From Amoeboaphelidium protococcarum X5 (Eukaryota > Fungi > Aphelidiomycota), in contig JALDTO010000208.1 of NCBI GenBank assembly GCA_023515725.1, positions 599,768 to 663,767 of the forward strand: DNA of 64,000 nt, given 5' to 3'. Under the pieces are notes generated by a model, which was not told the origin of the DNA, made no database searches, and worked only from the letters and a program-made list of their open reading frames with translations. Both the position numbers and the translations under genes were made by a program. This document shows positions 1 to 11,282 of the stretch, piece by piece (the first letter of the stretch is position 1; every line of letters begins with the position of its first letter).

Positions 1-351
1 GGCGGATCAATCATTCGTGCACCAAGTCCTTTTGAAATTTTTTATCCATAAAGTATTTGTATGATAGTTAGTCTTATTTTAAATACGATTATCAATGAGA
101 TTCTATATATTTTTACATACTCTTCAATACAAGTCAATAATCTAATTACTCGTTTACTTTATTGCCAATCTTCTGAGCTTGTCTCAATACCTTAACAATA
201 CCAATAACTCCTGAGTGGTTTTAAGCTGCGACCATCCTCATTGATATCACAATGAAATGATGACTGGTCGTGTCACATCTCATCATTGCATTGTATTCAA
301 TGCTTACTGACAGTGTTCTAATTCTTTCATCGCAATACTGATCATTTGAAA

Positions 352-996
352 ATGTAGCCAAGCCAAAAACGTGAATTATCTGCGGCTGCAAAGACAGCAC
401 TGGAAGATTTCAAAACTTAAGCATATCATCAAGATATTCCCGGATTTCTCTCCGTGTGTGCTAAGGTGATCAATGAAGTTGATATTCGGATAGTCAAAGA
501 ACTTGGCGCATCATCATTTGCCGCATTTGCTCCAGTATTTGCCCCTTGGTATAATACTAAATCTGAATGGTTTGGACATTATGTTTGGAATGGCAACACA
601 GACGCGTTCAATTAACGACTGTTGTTAAAATGCACTGACAAGGACTGGCAAATACCGTAATCTTAATAAACAGAACACTCCTTAACAGCAAAGTTCAATC
701 CTAATTTGAATCGTAAAGACATGGGACAAAACGTAAGTGAGAGCCAGGAGAAGTAAAGTTTTAGTCAGGTGCAGCATTAAATTGAGAATATCATTGAATC
801 CAAAATGCGGAATCAGTAGATTGCATCAGATACAGACTCTCTAATGGCTAAATGGAAATCTAAGCAGTAATAGTCGTCATCTAAGAGTTTGAAGAAGAAG
901 AAGAAGAAGAAGAAGAAAGTGCTACAGCTTTCGGAATAATCTCTAGTGGCGTTGGAAAACATGAAACCAAAAATCGGCGAGAGATTGCCGAACTGA
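352..996 (+). CDS. Probable N-terminal part of the Fanzor2-like protein (214 aa ORF in code 6, overlapping the nuclease ORF in a different frame)
   Basis: ATG 352 to TGA 994-996 with only TAA/TAG inside. Contains FAPWYNTKSEWFGHYVW, reminiscent of the PFWN...LW N-terminal motif of Fanzor2 proteins, and a K9 run. Overlaps the downstream nuclease frame (open from 798) in a -1 relationship. Confidence 0.5.
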
Positions 997-2573
997 ATCA
1001 GTATGATCAGATACGCTCGATTAATATTCGTATATTCCCTGATAAGAAGTTCATACACAAATTCAATGAATGGCTGGATCTCAAGTTTCAAATGGTCAAT
1101 TTCATCATTAACATTTTGAATGATTCCAGAGATTAAGGAGAAAAGGTGTCAATACAAGCGCTAAGGAACCATGTTGCGCTAAGTTAAGTCAAAGCCAAAA
1201 AGTGCCGCGTGCCTGATGACGACCCAAGATTGCGTTGGATGCGAATGCCATCTACAGTGCAAGATGAGATTATTAATGCGACTCGCACGTATTACTATGC
1301 GGCTCATGAGAAGTATACAAAGGGTGATATCAAAGACTACAACTTTATGCCAAATAGAGATGATGATTAGTTTTAGATGCTCCAGTTTCAAGCGTAAGAT
1401 GCCCGTGTAGATCCAGATAGCAATCGCGTCCGCCTACTGCCTTCATTCCTCAAGAGCTTTGGGAAACTGTATGCCAAAGATCCTCTATTCTAAGAGCCTG
1501 GCAAGATTGACTACTGGCCCCGTTTCATCAAGTTTGGCTATGGCAGAGGAAGAGAGTTCAAGCTCGTGAAAAGAAGAAAAAAGTTCTTTGTGATTGTTTC
1601 GTATGATGCCTCCTGTATATAAGGTCCATTCACTGATTGGTATTACTAGCAACTGCAAGATATGAATAATGCAGATTAGAATCTTGAAGGTGCTAGATCA
1701 TTTATAAGCCGCCGTGATGCGCGTTGCCGTTAAACTGGAAACACTTGCTCGGTGGATCCAGGTGTTAGAGTGAGCATGACCGTCTTAGATTTGGATCGCA
1801 GGTCATTCATTGCGATTGCGCCTGATTTCAAGTAGCTTTATAAGAATAAGAGTGAATAGATTTCCAATGCATAGTCTCTGAAAGATTAGATGGATAATCG
1901 CGCAGCTGCTTTACAGAATGGACAATTGAGACTGGAGGAGTTTAAAGCGTAGAAGAAAGAATTATGGCACACATGGAAGTAATCAAAGAATAATGTTGTT
2001 CCCACTGATATTGGCATTAGTCGTGCTTACACCAAATTCTCTGCATATGTATCGAATTTGCATAACCGAATTGGCAACTTTTTGATGCGGCATTATGATC
2101 TAATCATTCTTCCCGAGTTTCTGACTATTAAGATGGTGAAGAAACGGAGAAAGCGTTTGAATCTACCTCCCGTTCTAAGTGATACGGCCGATGTACTGGT
2201 AACACACTCGCGTGGTTAATAAAATTCTGGGCATATTCTCCATAAAAATACGCGGAAGACTCTATTGGCGTTTAGCCATTACAAGTGTCGTATGAAACTT
2301 ATTGCAATGGCATAAGCTAATATATTTAGATCTGGAAAGTAAGTGCTCGTGACAACGGAGGAGTTTACGTCGAAACAACATCCGTTTCAGAATGTGCTAC
2401 ATAACTGTCTTGGTGCTGATGAGTACTTCATGTTGGGTGATTTTCGTGCATATCGGGATAATGTTGGATCATATAATGTTATGTCTCGAAGTTTTTCTAA
2501 GGAAGAAGTGAAATTGGTTACTGCGAACTAAGCAGATTAGACACTATACAAGGAGTTCGTGATGTCCATATGA
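852..2573 (+). CDS. Fanzor2-like (eukaryotic TnpB/OrfB-derived) RNA-guided endonuclease, 573 aa from ATG 852, or about 740 aa if joined to the upstream ORF
   Basis: Open in code 6 to TGA 2571-2573. HTH_OrfB-like IRSINIRIFPDKKF..FNEWL; RuvC-I CSVDPGVR (D at 1755); NLHNRIGNFLMRHYDLIILPEFLTIKMV; LHKNTRKTLLAFSHYKCRMKL; shifted RuvC-II VLVTTEEFTSK (E at 2358); RuvC-III YRDNVGSYNV (D at 2457). Confidence 0.88.
891..917 (+). repeat. (GAA)9 microsatellite, read as poly-Lys in the upstream ORF and poly-Glu in the nuclease frame
   Basis: Nine direct GAA units visible in the sequence. Confidence 0.9.
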
Positions 2574-2790
2574 AGGTCTTGCAAGAGACTCTATTGCGCC
2601 TTGCTTAACATCTGATCACTAAATCATAGAAGTGTTTTGTAATTGCTTATCGTTATGCTCGTACTATACTGTTACTCTGCTATTAAGGGGCTATGTGGGG
2701 ACCCCAATGAAAAGATTGCTGGAGCTTTTTTAAAGTGTACCAATGATCGATTAACCCACATGGGAAGAAATGACTACAGTAAATTATTGT
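2574..2790 (+). ncRNA. Candidate omega-RNA (guide scaffold) / element right end of the Fanzor locus
   Basis: Lies immediately 3' of the Fanzor ORF, the usual omega-RNA location. Stem CTATGTGGG (2691-2699) can pair with CCCACATGG (2755-2763), and there is a small hairpin GTCTTGCAAGAGAC near 2576-2589. Boundaries cannot be set from one copy. Confidence 0.3.
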
Positions 2791-2839
2791 TTGATGTGAA
2801 GGAGAAAGAGCAGATAGATAATAAATACTAAAGAGAATG

Positions 2840-5800
2840 TCAACGAGTAAACTTGACGGGGATGCCGTAACAGATCATTGAAGCGCCAGTGAGGTACGGA
2901 AGTCGAACTTGGTCCCTTGATAAAGCTAGCGCCTGAGTAATAGACACAACTTGGCAGTTCTCTTCCATCTAAAGTGATTCAAAATACGTTCCTTTGATAT
3001 CAGAATTCTTCAAAATTCCAGCTCTGAGGAGAATGTTAACACTCAACTTATCTAGTTCTTTGTCAGTGACATCCCATAGATTTCCAACAACTAGCGGAGA
3101 GTTGGCCATAATGAAATCCATAACGGATCCGTAAGGATCAAAGCAGCCATAATCTTTCAATCGAGCACTGCTACATCCAAAAAATAGCGCAACTGCACTC
3201 TAAATGACATGAGTCAAAGCTTGAGATTTATAAAAAGCGTCACCATTTCCGTGACCAAAGTACATATACAGATGATTGTCTCGTAAACACTCGCCAATAC
3301 TATGGTCACTTAAATGGGCCAATCTGCCCAAGTCAGAAGACGAACTCAGTATAAGATTTAAGCGTTCTTCGGTAGCTTTCAAATCTCCAGATGGATTAAG
3401 CACATAAGAAGACTTTGGATTTTGGCATAACATTGCAGAGTCGGATGGTGAAAATGACCACTTGCCAGAGTCGCGCGATAGTTCCAACAAGTCTTACAAA
3501 TGTCGCATAGAAATAGCTCGGCTGACCGACTAGTGGCGGAACATTGGCATAGACTCTAAAGGTAGTTAGAGAAGGTGTTTGTCCAGAATTAAAACTATGT
3601 GCTCATGAGAAGGACAAGATTCTATTTATCTACCTGGCAGAATTGAGCGCAATTACTACTTAAACATGGACAGATTCCGCTAGGATGATAACGCCTTAAT
3701 GCGATTCGCAGGTAGCATTGCTTGTACTAAATGCACTAAATCAACCAGAATAAAATCGTCGATATCATCCTACATCTAAACGCAAATCCTACTTATGAGG
3801 TTGAATCCCTCTCCAGAAACCAGAGGAATTTCAAATTTGACAAAAAGATTGGTTAGTTAAACATTAAACTTCTCAAGCTGAGGGATATCAGAATCGCCAA
3901 CTCCTCTTATAACCCCGGCGAGGCAACCAAACAGCTGCTCTTACACTTGGCATAGAAAATCCTTCAGTTTCAAGTCTAGCTATTCTCTTTTGTCCCACCA
4001 TAACATCTTGTCCTGTTTAGATGTCATAGTCTTGCCGCTGGAATTAAGTCTATCATTTGCAGTCATAAGCTCTCGATACTAGTCCTAAATGATCTTCATC
4101 ACATCAGGCTTGATCTATCTATGAAATAGAAACGAATTCTGTGGTCCCATCCAGCATTAAATGTACAATACAGAATGTTCAGAATCATAAGCACAAGAAA
4201 AGATCATCCAGCTGGTAGGAATATCTACAACCAAAGACTTCATCTCTTAATAACTCTGAAATAGCCGTAATGATGCTTAATCACCAGAGGTAAGATCGAG
4301 AGTCGCAGCACTATCCAGTTAAGGCCATTAAAGAGGAGAAGTATCCATTTTCAATCGAGAGCAAATCTGCAGAAACTTCATCCTCCAGTATGATATACCA
4401 GTCATAAGATGCATAATCTCAAAAACTGATTGCCATGAAATTTCATTACTACTCTGAAGCTATAGCATGATCTATAGCATTTCAAAGCCAAGACTCTAGA
4501 TCTAATCTGGTTCGCAAATCATGAAAGCCTATTTGAATAAATGCAGCATATAGACATCACAATCGGTCTTTGTGCCAATTTAAGTATCAGAAAATAAAAG
4601 TCCGCACCGCTTAATGCCATTTTCAAATCGAGTCTTTTACAAGTCCTTCTTAAATTTAAACCATTCTAGATAAATCTTCTCTTGGCAAGTCAAGCTGTCA
4701 TCATTCAACTTGATCTTTGTTGGAAGTTTGAGGAGAGACAGACTGCTGTGCATTCGGAGAAAGTTGAATAATTGCAAATTAGATCTAAGACTATTATGGT
4801 AATCTTGCAGCTATTAAGATACCAACTCACCTTAGTTAGAATCACTTCTAGAACTGGATAACTACTAAACAATTCTCTACTAAATAGGCAAAGGTGCTTG
4901 AAGCTGCAATAATCTTAATTCACCCAAGATAAGCTCGTTCTATGATTTGCCAGATTATATCAATAGTAGTTGTAACATGTAATCACAAATAGTAGATAAA
5001 GCAGTAAACTGGGAAGACTTACACAGCTCAAGGCATTTATCAAGGTGATACTCAGCTTCCAAATTAGATCCGATAGCCGACAGCAAATAACATCTCCATA
5101 AATAAACCTCACATAGGCAGTACTGAAGATATGTCAAGTCAGTGACTTTAATCCAATGCTCCACAACAACAGGATGTTGCAGCATAGACCGTATGAGTTA
5201 CATTGCAGATTTACATTCATCCATTGCAGCTCCCAACAATCCAATGTAAAAGGAAGCGAAGGATTTAAACATCAAGCAAAATACTTGAGCAAGATACTTA
5301 CGCTTACTTGGCAATCCTTCATAAATCAAACCAGCTTCATTATACGCTGAATCACTAGCATCTAAGTCGCCATCAACTATAGCAACCAGGCTTTTTAAAG
5401 AGAGCAGGTGCACAGAACGAGTTTTATATTCCAAACACCACCTATCAAGACATCTATTCTTCAATTTAAGCCACCAAATCTGCATCTCGATAAAATCAGA
5501 CGATTTCAACTCTTTCATAATCTCAAGGCAGCTCAAACTCTATTCAATCAAGCCAGCGGATAGACACGCATTGAACAGATTCCTAGCCAGGAGATATTAC
5601 AGAGTAAATGATTCAATCTTCCTGAGGACGTCTATACTAGAAGCTACGGTATTGGATTGATGGTCATCAGGCAGCTTACAACGAACCAAAAGAGCATTAG
5701 CCAAAAGCAAATCAATAGGATCTTCCAATAGAAGGGATTCTTCTAATGCTAGATAGCCTTCAGAATCATAATCCAAAACGGTCAAGTACATTGTCCAGCA

Positions 5801-7609
5801 GACGTCCAAAAGCTCCAGATTCATCATGTGCTCGCAAATACTTACCGCGTATTCCTTTTACACGCCTAGCAAGTAACAAAGAACGACTTCTAACCGCAAC
5901 ACTTGGTCACATTTATTGTCAATGGACATCGATACAATATCATTCAGCAGATACGTTTCTATCAATGCAACTATATTGTCTTGCGACGCCAGAATTGAGC
6001 TCGCTTTAATGTAAAGCTATGTGAAGCCATTAGTCGAATCTTCTTATTAATCAGATATTTACTTGGACATCAACACAAAATGCTTTAATAGCTTTTGCTC
6101 CTATTAACTACTAAAGGACTATCCAATTTCGCAAAGACTCAGTATTGAGAGACTCAAAAATTGTTGCGCATCAGCTTCCTTGAGACCCCGCACACACACC
6201 ACAAACTAATTATAGAGCGCATCAGACAACTTTTCTAAAAGATTGAAAGATTTGAATATGTCAATTATTCTATTCCATCTAGTTTAAACTACACCAATCT
6301 CAGCAAATTTGATAAGTATTAAATACGATAAAACTACATGCTTTGACTGAATATCGCCCACCAAATCAACCAGCGTTATAATAAAATCTCTGAAAGCTTT
6401 TGCATCACTACAGCCAAGTTTATCCAGGCATCGCAGGGAACTCTGAACACAAAGCAGAATAGCTTCTTAGTCTATCACTTGATCCAAAGACAATGATTAG
6501 AGCTATTGCAGTGCAAAAGTGGCAGATTTAAGGAATCTCAACGTCTACTTGGCACAAAATTTATGAGAATCTTTAAGTAGAGACATCAGGAGTTTGAAAT
6601 ATCTTGTTAATGACGACTTTTAAAGGACTTTCGCAAGGGAATCCAGTTGATCTAAAGTTACCTTTAAGCAGTAAGAGTTATACGCGCTTATCAGCATTTA
6701 CACAAATTCAGAATCTTTTCCAGTCTCATTATCAACTAAGAGTAAGAAATCTTCAAAGAGACTACCAATATCATTCAAGTTTCTTTCAGATAACTTTGCT
6801 GGACACTGGTGAAGGAGATGGCAGAGTATCTGTAGAAACTGCCTGACTAGAATATCATTTGAGCAGAGACTGATTAACCGCGACACTGATTTCAAGACTG
6901 GAATGTAGTCCAAAACAGACAGATTATTACTTCTTCTAGCAGACTTTAGCAGTAACTGGACGAATGAGGTAGCATACCTATCACGACACTCATGGGAACT
7001 TTCAAAAATATGTATCAGACCTTAACTTGATGATTACCAGAATTTCAGAATATCTTGATCCTATCCAGCAGTATACTGTGCTTTGATAACAAGTAGATAG
7101 ATGGACATCTTCAAATTTAAGTCTATACTAGTCTTTGTAATGACAAATGGCGATTTAACATTCTGATTCTCTTTATCTTCAATAGACTAATTCAAGTCAG
7201 AATTGATCCTTGAAATGAAATCTTACAACATTTTCTACTCCAAACGCCATAAAGATTCGTCAGGAACGCGTTCTACTACTACTTTCAGGACTGAATAGTT
7301 CAATTTGTATATATCCCCATAATCATAGCTGGAGTATTTCATTGTGGTGTAAATGACATAGAGTAGCTAGTCAATCAACTTTAACAATTCCATAGACAGC
7401 ACCACATCTTAAGACTTTAGTACTTACTACAAAGCAGCAAGCAACTTGACACTGGCAACATTCAAGGCTTTAGCAGACGATGGAGATTGAGGTCTTTTGA
7501 CAATAAAGTCACGACATTTGGAGAAGAACTGAGAATCAAATTGCAAATTCTTTACACTTTAAAGCAAGCCAGGCAATTACTTATTTATTTCAGCACTTTA
7601 ATTCTTCAT
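2840..7609 (-). CDS. ESP1: Separase (peptidase C50), 1589 aa, single exon
   Basis: Six standard-code ORF fragments fall in one frame from ATG 7609 to TGA 2840. SYVLNPSGDL; catalytic His YMYFGHGNG; catalytic Cys ALFFGCSSARL; VGNLWDVTDKELDK; C-terminal LPYLTGASMICYGIP. Confidence 0.95.
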
Positions 7610-7997
7610 ATTATCTTCCAAATAAAATACCAAGTAATGTAACGGCAAAAGGATACTGAAAATTTCGAAATTACGTTTTATTAGCAACAGGAAAAACTTG
7701 AAACAAGTGAAACGGCGAAGGCCGCGCGCGCTCTAGGACGTGTCTGATTAACAAAGCTTTGAAAACGTTTCTATAGTATTGCCATTACAATAGTAGAAGT
7801 TTAAAGTCTACAAATTGGAATATGATATCTGTTTAGTATGTGAGTAAATTTAACTTCGTTACTTATAGTCTGAGTTATGAAGAAAAGGGGGCATCTTTAG
7901 TTCCACACTCAACCTCTATTTCGCAAGTATCCATGCTTAAAGACAAACGTATTGCACATCAAGGAAGTTGGAGCCCAGAGATATTATCATCATCATT

Positions 7998-9020
7998 TCA
8001 TAAAATAACACCTTAATTAGAGATCTAGAAAGACTTTTACAAGTTGTTGACGTACATGCTTCTACCTCCATCGTCAGTATACTAAAGGTCAATCTTGAGA
8101 TGAAACAGATCGCGCCACTACGCGGACAATGATACAGCACCACGGTCGATAGAGAGTGAGTGTTTACGATTACTTTTAGGATTACCAGTCATTTCAAACG
8201 GTCTACTACTTACGATACAACATTAAATGATATTGCCAATTAGCTGCGGAAGATCTCGTATCATCGCCTAAATCACCATTTGAGTTGTGGTAAACTTTTG
8301 CAAAAGAGGTCGGAAGAGAGCCTCCAGTCCATCAATAACCACTATTCGTTATTCCTCCTTATTGACGCCTTATGATTTAAGCAAGTGCAAAGATGCAAGT
8401 AACTATGTACAATTAGAGATATGGACAAACTCCACTCGTTTCATCAGGCTGTACATTCTCTCTGTCGCGGTCTCACCATCTTTACAGGTCGCATCAGCCA
8501 TTTACGCGAACCTCATCAAAGAGAACGAATTATCGCAGTTAAGCCAAAGCACGCGTCCATTCTACTACTGCAATAAGAAGCTATGTATTATTGTAAGTCT
8601 ACACTCATTCAATCAATTAATAAAATTCGATGTACATTCATTTAGGCAACTTACATTGATGTAGTCTTTCCAGATTTGGCACAGCCTTCAATTCTAACAA
8701 GAGGTGGAAGCTCAGACACGAAGCAATTGTTCAGAGCGATGCAAGTATCTTTAAACACGGTTATGGTTGGCTTAGTATTACTATTCTTGAGTTCTACAAC
8801 AACAAGAACTTAATAACTTTTATGATTCAATTACACAGTTAGAGATACAATCAGTATGAATACCTTCCTAAATGCAAGAGTATATACAGTCAGCTTCGCG
8901 TGAGTCAACATTGAGTTCTAGTTGAATATGGAACGGCTTCAATACAGACATGTCTCTAATGGTAAAGTAGCCGCGTTATTAGAGCTGAGATCTCAATTAA
9001 GTGATCATCGTTGTCGCCAT
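7998..9020 (-). CDS. RAD51 paralog (RAD51D/RAD55-like RecA-fold ATPase), 298 aa, introns 8794-8863 and 8599-8654
   Basis: Walker A VRIEGCAKSGKTT; GRVLWLNCDNSFSLMRF; Walker B RIVVIDGLEALFRP; C-terminal FQISNQGVIL. Two GT-AG introns restore the frame (897 nt CDS). Confidence 0.75.
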
Positions 9021-9170
9021 ATGGAGCCCCAAGATTATTTGTTGAGTGCAGTCACGTTGAAATAAAGTATGAAACTTGCGCTCGAACAAGAAATTTCCAA
9101 GAGATTTCGATTGTTTCTGATTGATTCAGTGTTGTTTCAAGTGTTTGCGTAATCTGCTTTGTATTCAATT

Positions 9171-10886
9171 ATGAGCTCAGATTCAAGGATCAAAGATGTA
9201 TTTTAGGCATTTCTTATTGCTGATGATTCACTTCCATGTATTGAAGCTTTTTCTTTGGTTCAGAGTTTGCTGGGTAAAGATCCACGACATGATGGGTATG
9301 AATAATTCAGGGATTCTTTGTTGAGACATTTGCCATTCAAGGCCAAATAAGTTTTTGCTGTTCTGGACAAAAGATTGCAGCTGAACAAGTCATTGATTAA
9401 AGAGTCCAAGAAATCAATTGTTATAAGTGGAGCTGGTCCGTGTGGATTGAGAGCTTGCGTCGAGGCTGTTTTGCTAGGTCATAAAGTCACATTGATTGAA
9501 CTTCGTCAAGAGTGTTCCAGACACAATATATTGAAAACATGGTAGAATACTCTTGACGATCTTAGTTCTCTTGGTCTCACTTATTTTGTTAGCGGAGTTT
9601 AGAAGCATGGATAATTGCATTTGGGCACCAGAGATATTCAAGTCGCACTTCTGAAGGCTGCGTTATTATTGGGTGCTCAGATCGAACTCGGGCGTGGAGT
9701 ATGTGGAGTGTTGGGACCCTCGCTTTAACTGGGTAATTCCATAGATTAAGGCTGGAGAGTTTGGACTTTGCCATCTGACAGTGCACGAAAGTATCTAGGA
9801 TAATCTTCGTCCATCTTGTAAGAACTAGCTCTTAAGCCGTCCGAAACTGACACTTCTCGTCTGCAATAATCGTCTAAAGTTGACTTTTATGAAAAGGCCG
9901 AGTCGCAAGATTCCGCAGTTTTCAATGATAAAGCCTAGCTGTCTGTGGAGTAATTGAACTTACTGAGTAAAGCCGAGCAGTATTAATTTGATGCTTTAAT
10001 AGTCGCTGAAGGCGAGTCATCAAAGCTGATTAGGCGTCTTGGTTTTGATCGTAAAGTGGCGAAATATGGTGAGGCCATAGGGATTGTTATTAATCTGGAA
10101 TTTTCCAAAGACCATTCTACATCAGGTGAAAAGCAGTTGCCCGAGTTTATTGTTTGGCGCTCATCTGCTGATTGGAAGTAAACAGTTCTTGGTACTCTCT
10201 ACACTGCCGGCATTGAATTGGAGAACTTGGAGTATATGCGTGGAAGCACTCATTTCATAGCGGGAACTACGAATTTGAAAGCCTTACATAAGTTTGGGAT
10301 TGTGAATGAAATCAGATCCAAAGTGTCTGAAACACTGACTGGAGACAATATGAACTTTGATTAGCTGCGCATAATGGGGCGTCAGATTGCCAATGCTTGT
10401 AAAGTACCGAGCCATGCATAATTTGCCAAGAAAAATGGTGTATAAGTCTTTGATTTCTCATGTAAAGGTTTATGTGTCGATTCTTTTTAGTGGCTCACCG
10501 ATTCTTCTACGCAGGATGGTGATCAATGTCAGCACGCGTTGATATGTCCTGCCGGTGATGCTTTGTAGAATCCTTTTTGGCCTCAGGGGCTGGGTATTAA
10601 CAGAGGATTTCATAATGCTCTTGATGCTATGTGGGTCTCTCATCTATGGATAACAGGCGAAGATAGAGATAAAATAGCTGAGGAAAGAAATTTTGCTTTC
10701 AAGCTATTAAACTGGAAAGTCTTTTCGATTGATTAAATCTAGCCAGGTGAAAAGTGGACTGCGGATCCCATTACTCGCTACTCTGGAGCTTTGGTAAAAT
10801 CGGTGCATATGCATGATGTAGAATCCAAAGCTGTCAAGTCATCTCTGCCAGGACGTTATCTCGATTTTTACGGATTAAAGTTTTGA
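9171..10886 (+). CDS. MICAL-type FAD-dependent monooxygenase domain protein, 571 aa (in-frame upstream ATG at 9069)
   Basis: IVISGAGPCGLRACVEAVLLGHKVTLIELRQECSRHNILKTW; IQVALLKAALLLGAQI; AGDALQNPFWPQGLGINRGFHNALDAMW; WTADPITRY. These match the MICAL redox domain motifs (GAGPCGLR, SRNNVLHLW, GDxLxEPFWPxGxG, DPxTRY). Confidence 0.85.
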
Positions 10887-11282
10887 AGTTGACTAGTTAC
10901 CAGCATTGGACCTTTTCGTGCGTGATTTATATGTTGTAAAAAAGTGTTTTGTGATTCTGTTGATCGTTTGATAGCCAAGTCTGTCGTTTTAAAAGATCAA
11001 CAAAATCTTCTAGACGGAGAGTTTAGTGGTTAAATGTCATAATATTTTATGATTTTGACGAACTAATTCGCGGCGTATACTTGCTCATGCAAAACATTGT
11101 ACTCATTGTTAATTTAACTAAATTCCTTCTTTGATCAGAAGTGCATAAATATTATATTGTGATACAGTATGCCAATGTTTTAGAGAAACTCGTTACTAAA
11201 CACTCCACGCGAAACAGTCGCTTTGTTTTACTCCTCGGCGCTGATCCTTGTTTCAACTCAGCAATAAAGTCACGGCCTCACA

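Noticed and set aside
813-1091. Minus-strand ORF with a poly-Phe run
   Set aside because: Antisense shadow of the (GAA)9 repeat within the Fanzor locus.
7822-8830. Plus-strand ORFs (including 8287-8664) that looked like a pseudogene
   Set aside because: Explained as the antisense of the spliced RAD51-paralog gene on the minus strand.
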